Below are positions 62,198 through 64,000 of a DNA stretch of 64,000 bases, piece after piece. The notes under the pieces are model-generated. The model saw only the letters and a program-made list of their open reading frames with translations, did no database searches and had not been told where the DNA came from. A program made the translations under genes and the position numbers. The stretch comes from Marsupella aquatica. Lineage: Eukaryota > Plantae > Marchantiophyta. The stretch spans positions 743,968-807,967 of the forward strand of contig OZ316894.1 of assembly GCA_973895155.1 (NCBI GenBank), given 5' to 3'. Within the stretch, counting starts at the first letter, position 1, and each line of letters opens with the position of its first letter.

Positions 62198-63174
62198 CCC
62201 ATCAGCTACACGGAAAGCATGTACCTACATTCAACCTCTCATCTCTCTTGATGCATGTCATACAAAGAACAAGAAGTACCCCACTCAACTGTTCTTAACT
62301 ACATGTTTGGATGGAAATGGCCAAGGATTGATTCTATGTTACGCAGTAGCTCCAGTTGAGAACACAGATAATTGGATCTAGTTTCTGGAATTGGTAGATA
62401 GATCACTCTACGGCATTGAATCGCCTCACATGCCACTCATATCAGACCAACAGAAAGGTCTACTTGCCGCTGTGAGTTACGTGTGGCCAGGTATGATACA
62501 TGCAGCATGTGCAAACCACCTGAGAGCTAATGTCAAGAACAGGCATGGCAAAGCAGCAACAGATATTTTTACAGGATGCATATACGCCAACGATGAAAGA
62601 CAGTAAGTCCAAAAACCTTCATTGCTTTGATTCTACATACATTTGTCTTCTTATGCATACACCGCATACTCAGTGTTCAATACAATAATATTACCTCTCC
62701 TCGAATACAGAATGTGAAGTACATATCACTCACGCAAATTTTTTCTCTGTGTATGACATGATTGTATACATTAACATCAATGTTTTCCCTGTGCACCTGT
62801 ATCAGATTTGAAGCGTGTTTGAAGTGGCTGGCTGAGTCCGTCAAGGCACATGAGAATGCAAATGCTGTAGACTACATCAGAAGTTTTGATGCAAAACTTT
62901 ATGCCAGGCATGCCTTTCCACTTCCCCGCATGGCAAAGGTTACAAGCAACCCTGCTGAGCAAGCAAATTCAGGCTTACTCCCCTTGCGTGAATTTGCTCC
63001 TTGCAAGTTGATGGAGCGCATGTGGGTATATGTTCAGCAAAAGTTTAAAGAAAGGAAAGCAGTTGCGTTGGCGAGACAGGAAGTACTCACTATTCCAGCC
63101 CTGGTCAGGTACAACAAGAATCTCAAGACGTTTGGTCAATGGCCGGTAATCTTCATGCCTGGTCTTGTGTATGC

Positions 63175-63614
63175 ATGATTAGTCATCTGTAGTCATCATC
63201 GGTCACTAATGTGCCCATATACTCTAAACTTTTAAGACCAACTAGTCATAATCAGTCGCCTGTGTTCCGATATTGAACCATAGCACCAGTCATATCTGCG
63301 AAAGGCTACTCTTCCTCACTGACTGTTTGTGACTAATTCATACCTTGTTTTAAGTCATACAAATGACTACTTTGCAGTCATTTGTAAGACTACACCTTCT
63401 CCAAATCCTAAAATGCCCAAGTACGGATTTGGTCATTATTAGTCACAAAATGTGTCTTAAACCCTAGTCACATAGTTGACCACTCGATCTCAGTCACTTT
63501 AAATAAGACGCTATGTCAAAATTATGACTGGCTTGATACCCCCCAAACTTTAGTCACAAGGAGTCATGGGCAGTCATAAAACTTAGTCATAAGACACCCC
63601 GGTTTCTACTAGTG
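63175..63614. mobile_element. Truncated CACTA-like terminus within a MuDR intron
   Basis: Dense AGTCA/TGACT subterminal repeats ending in …CTACTAGTG (CACTAGTAG on the minus strand). No matching left end or TSD was found. Confidence 0.55.
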
Positions 63615-64000
63615 ATTACTAGTTACGTGTTCTGTATATACTGTAACATCAATGTCTTCTTAATAGCTCGGTGTTGAATTAAAATACACTAGTATGAATG
63701 TATTCTTTATTTGAATAGTTTTGTAATTATATCCAAGTTTTCATATGCTCATGTGTTTGATGATGGTGCATCCACAGCCAAGGTTCAAACTACATCCCAA
63801 AGTGAGGAGTATCTACTTAGTGTCACTATCACCAAAGAAATGTTGCACTTGTTGGGAGCTGCAAGAGATGGTGTGGCCATGTGAGCATATAATGGCTTGG
63901 GATGACCAGGAAGGCAACAATTTTTCTGCTCATTTTCACAAATGTTGGCGGATTGCTTCAATTAGGGCTTTGTATGACAATGTTTTACCTAGCTTTATTG

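Larger units (their letters stand above)
49371..64000 (+). mobile_element. MuDR/Mutator-like element with a degenerate intron-containing transposase, hosting nested insertions; continues beyond the window
   Basis: TIR-like GGGATATGCTCAATAGACCCC with repeated ATAGACC/ATCAGCCCC motifs. Transposase pieces: LGKHFSNFDEFDRCLDSWAMMHG (~50476); CPFRVRC…HNC…YHQMWRAK…DPG…AFICP (60268-60853); ISLDACH…DGN…VEN..NW…ISDQQKGL…CANH (62198-62602); VTSNPAEQAN; SWIM CTC…WPCEH (~63844-63890). Confidence 0.85.

Overview
Eukaryotic plant nuclear DNA, most likely from a moss or other bryophyte, judged from moss-type PLS-E-DYW PPR genes, GT-AG introns and the TE families present. The gene-bearing middle (7-34 kb) holds three paralogous, intact PLS-class PPR-DYW C-to-U editing-factor genes. 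They carry 20, 11 and 17 PPR motifs and differ by whole ~303-bp PLS triplets; two of them have a spliced N-terminal exon that the ORF track misses. The same region contains an intron-containing mitochondrial Hsp60 pseudogene directly upstream of the third PPR gene, two tRNA-type SINEs with target-site duplications, and a pair of related orphan ORFs on the minus strand that appear to share one exon (candidate dicistronic transcript). The flanks are nested transposons. These include a Gypsy integrase ending in a PHD finger, a near-complete CRE-clade (RLE-type) non-LTR element, and a retroelement accessory ORF split by a solo LTR and a MULE. At the right end a MuDR transposase contains an L1 LINE, which contains a Bianca-like Copia with identical 146-bp LTRs, plus another solo LTR. 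All family assignments come from motif recognition by eye; no searches were run.
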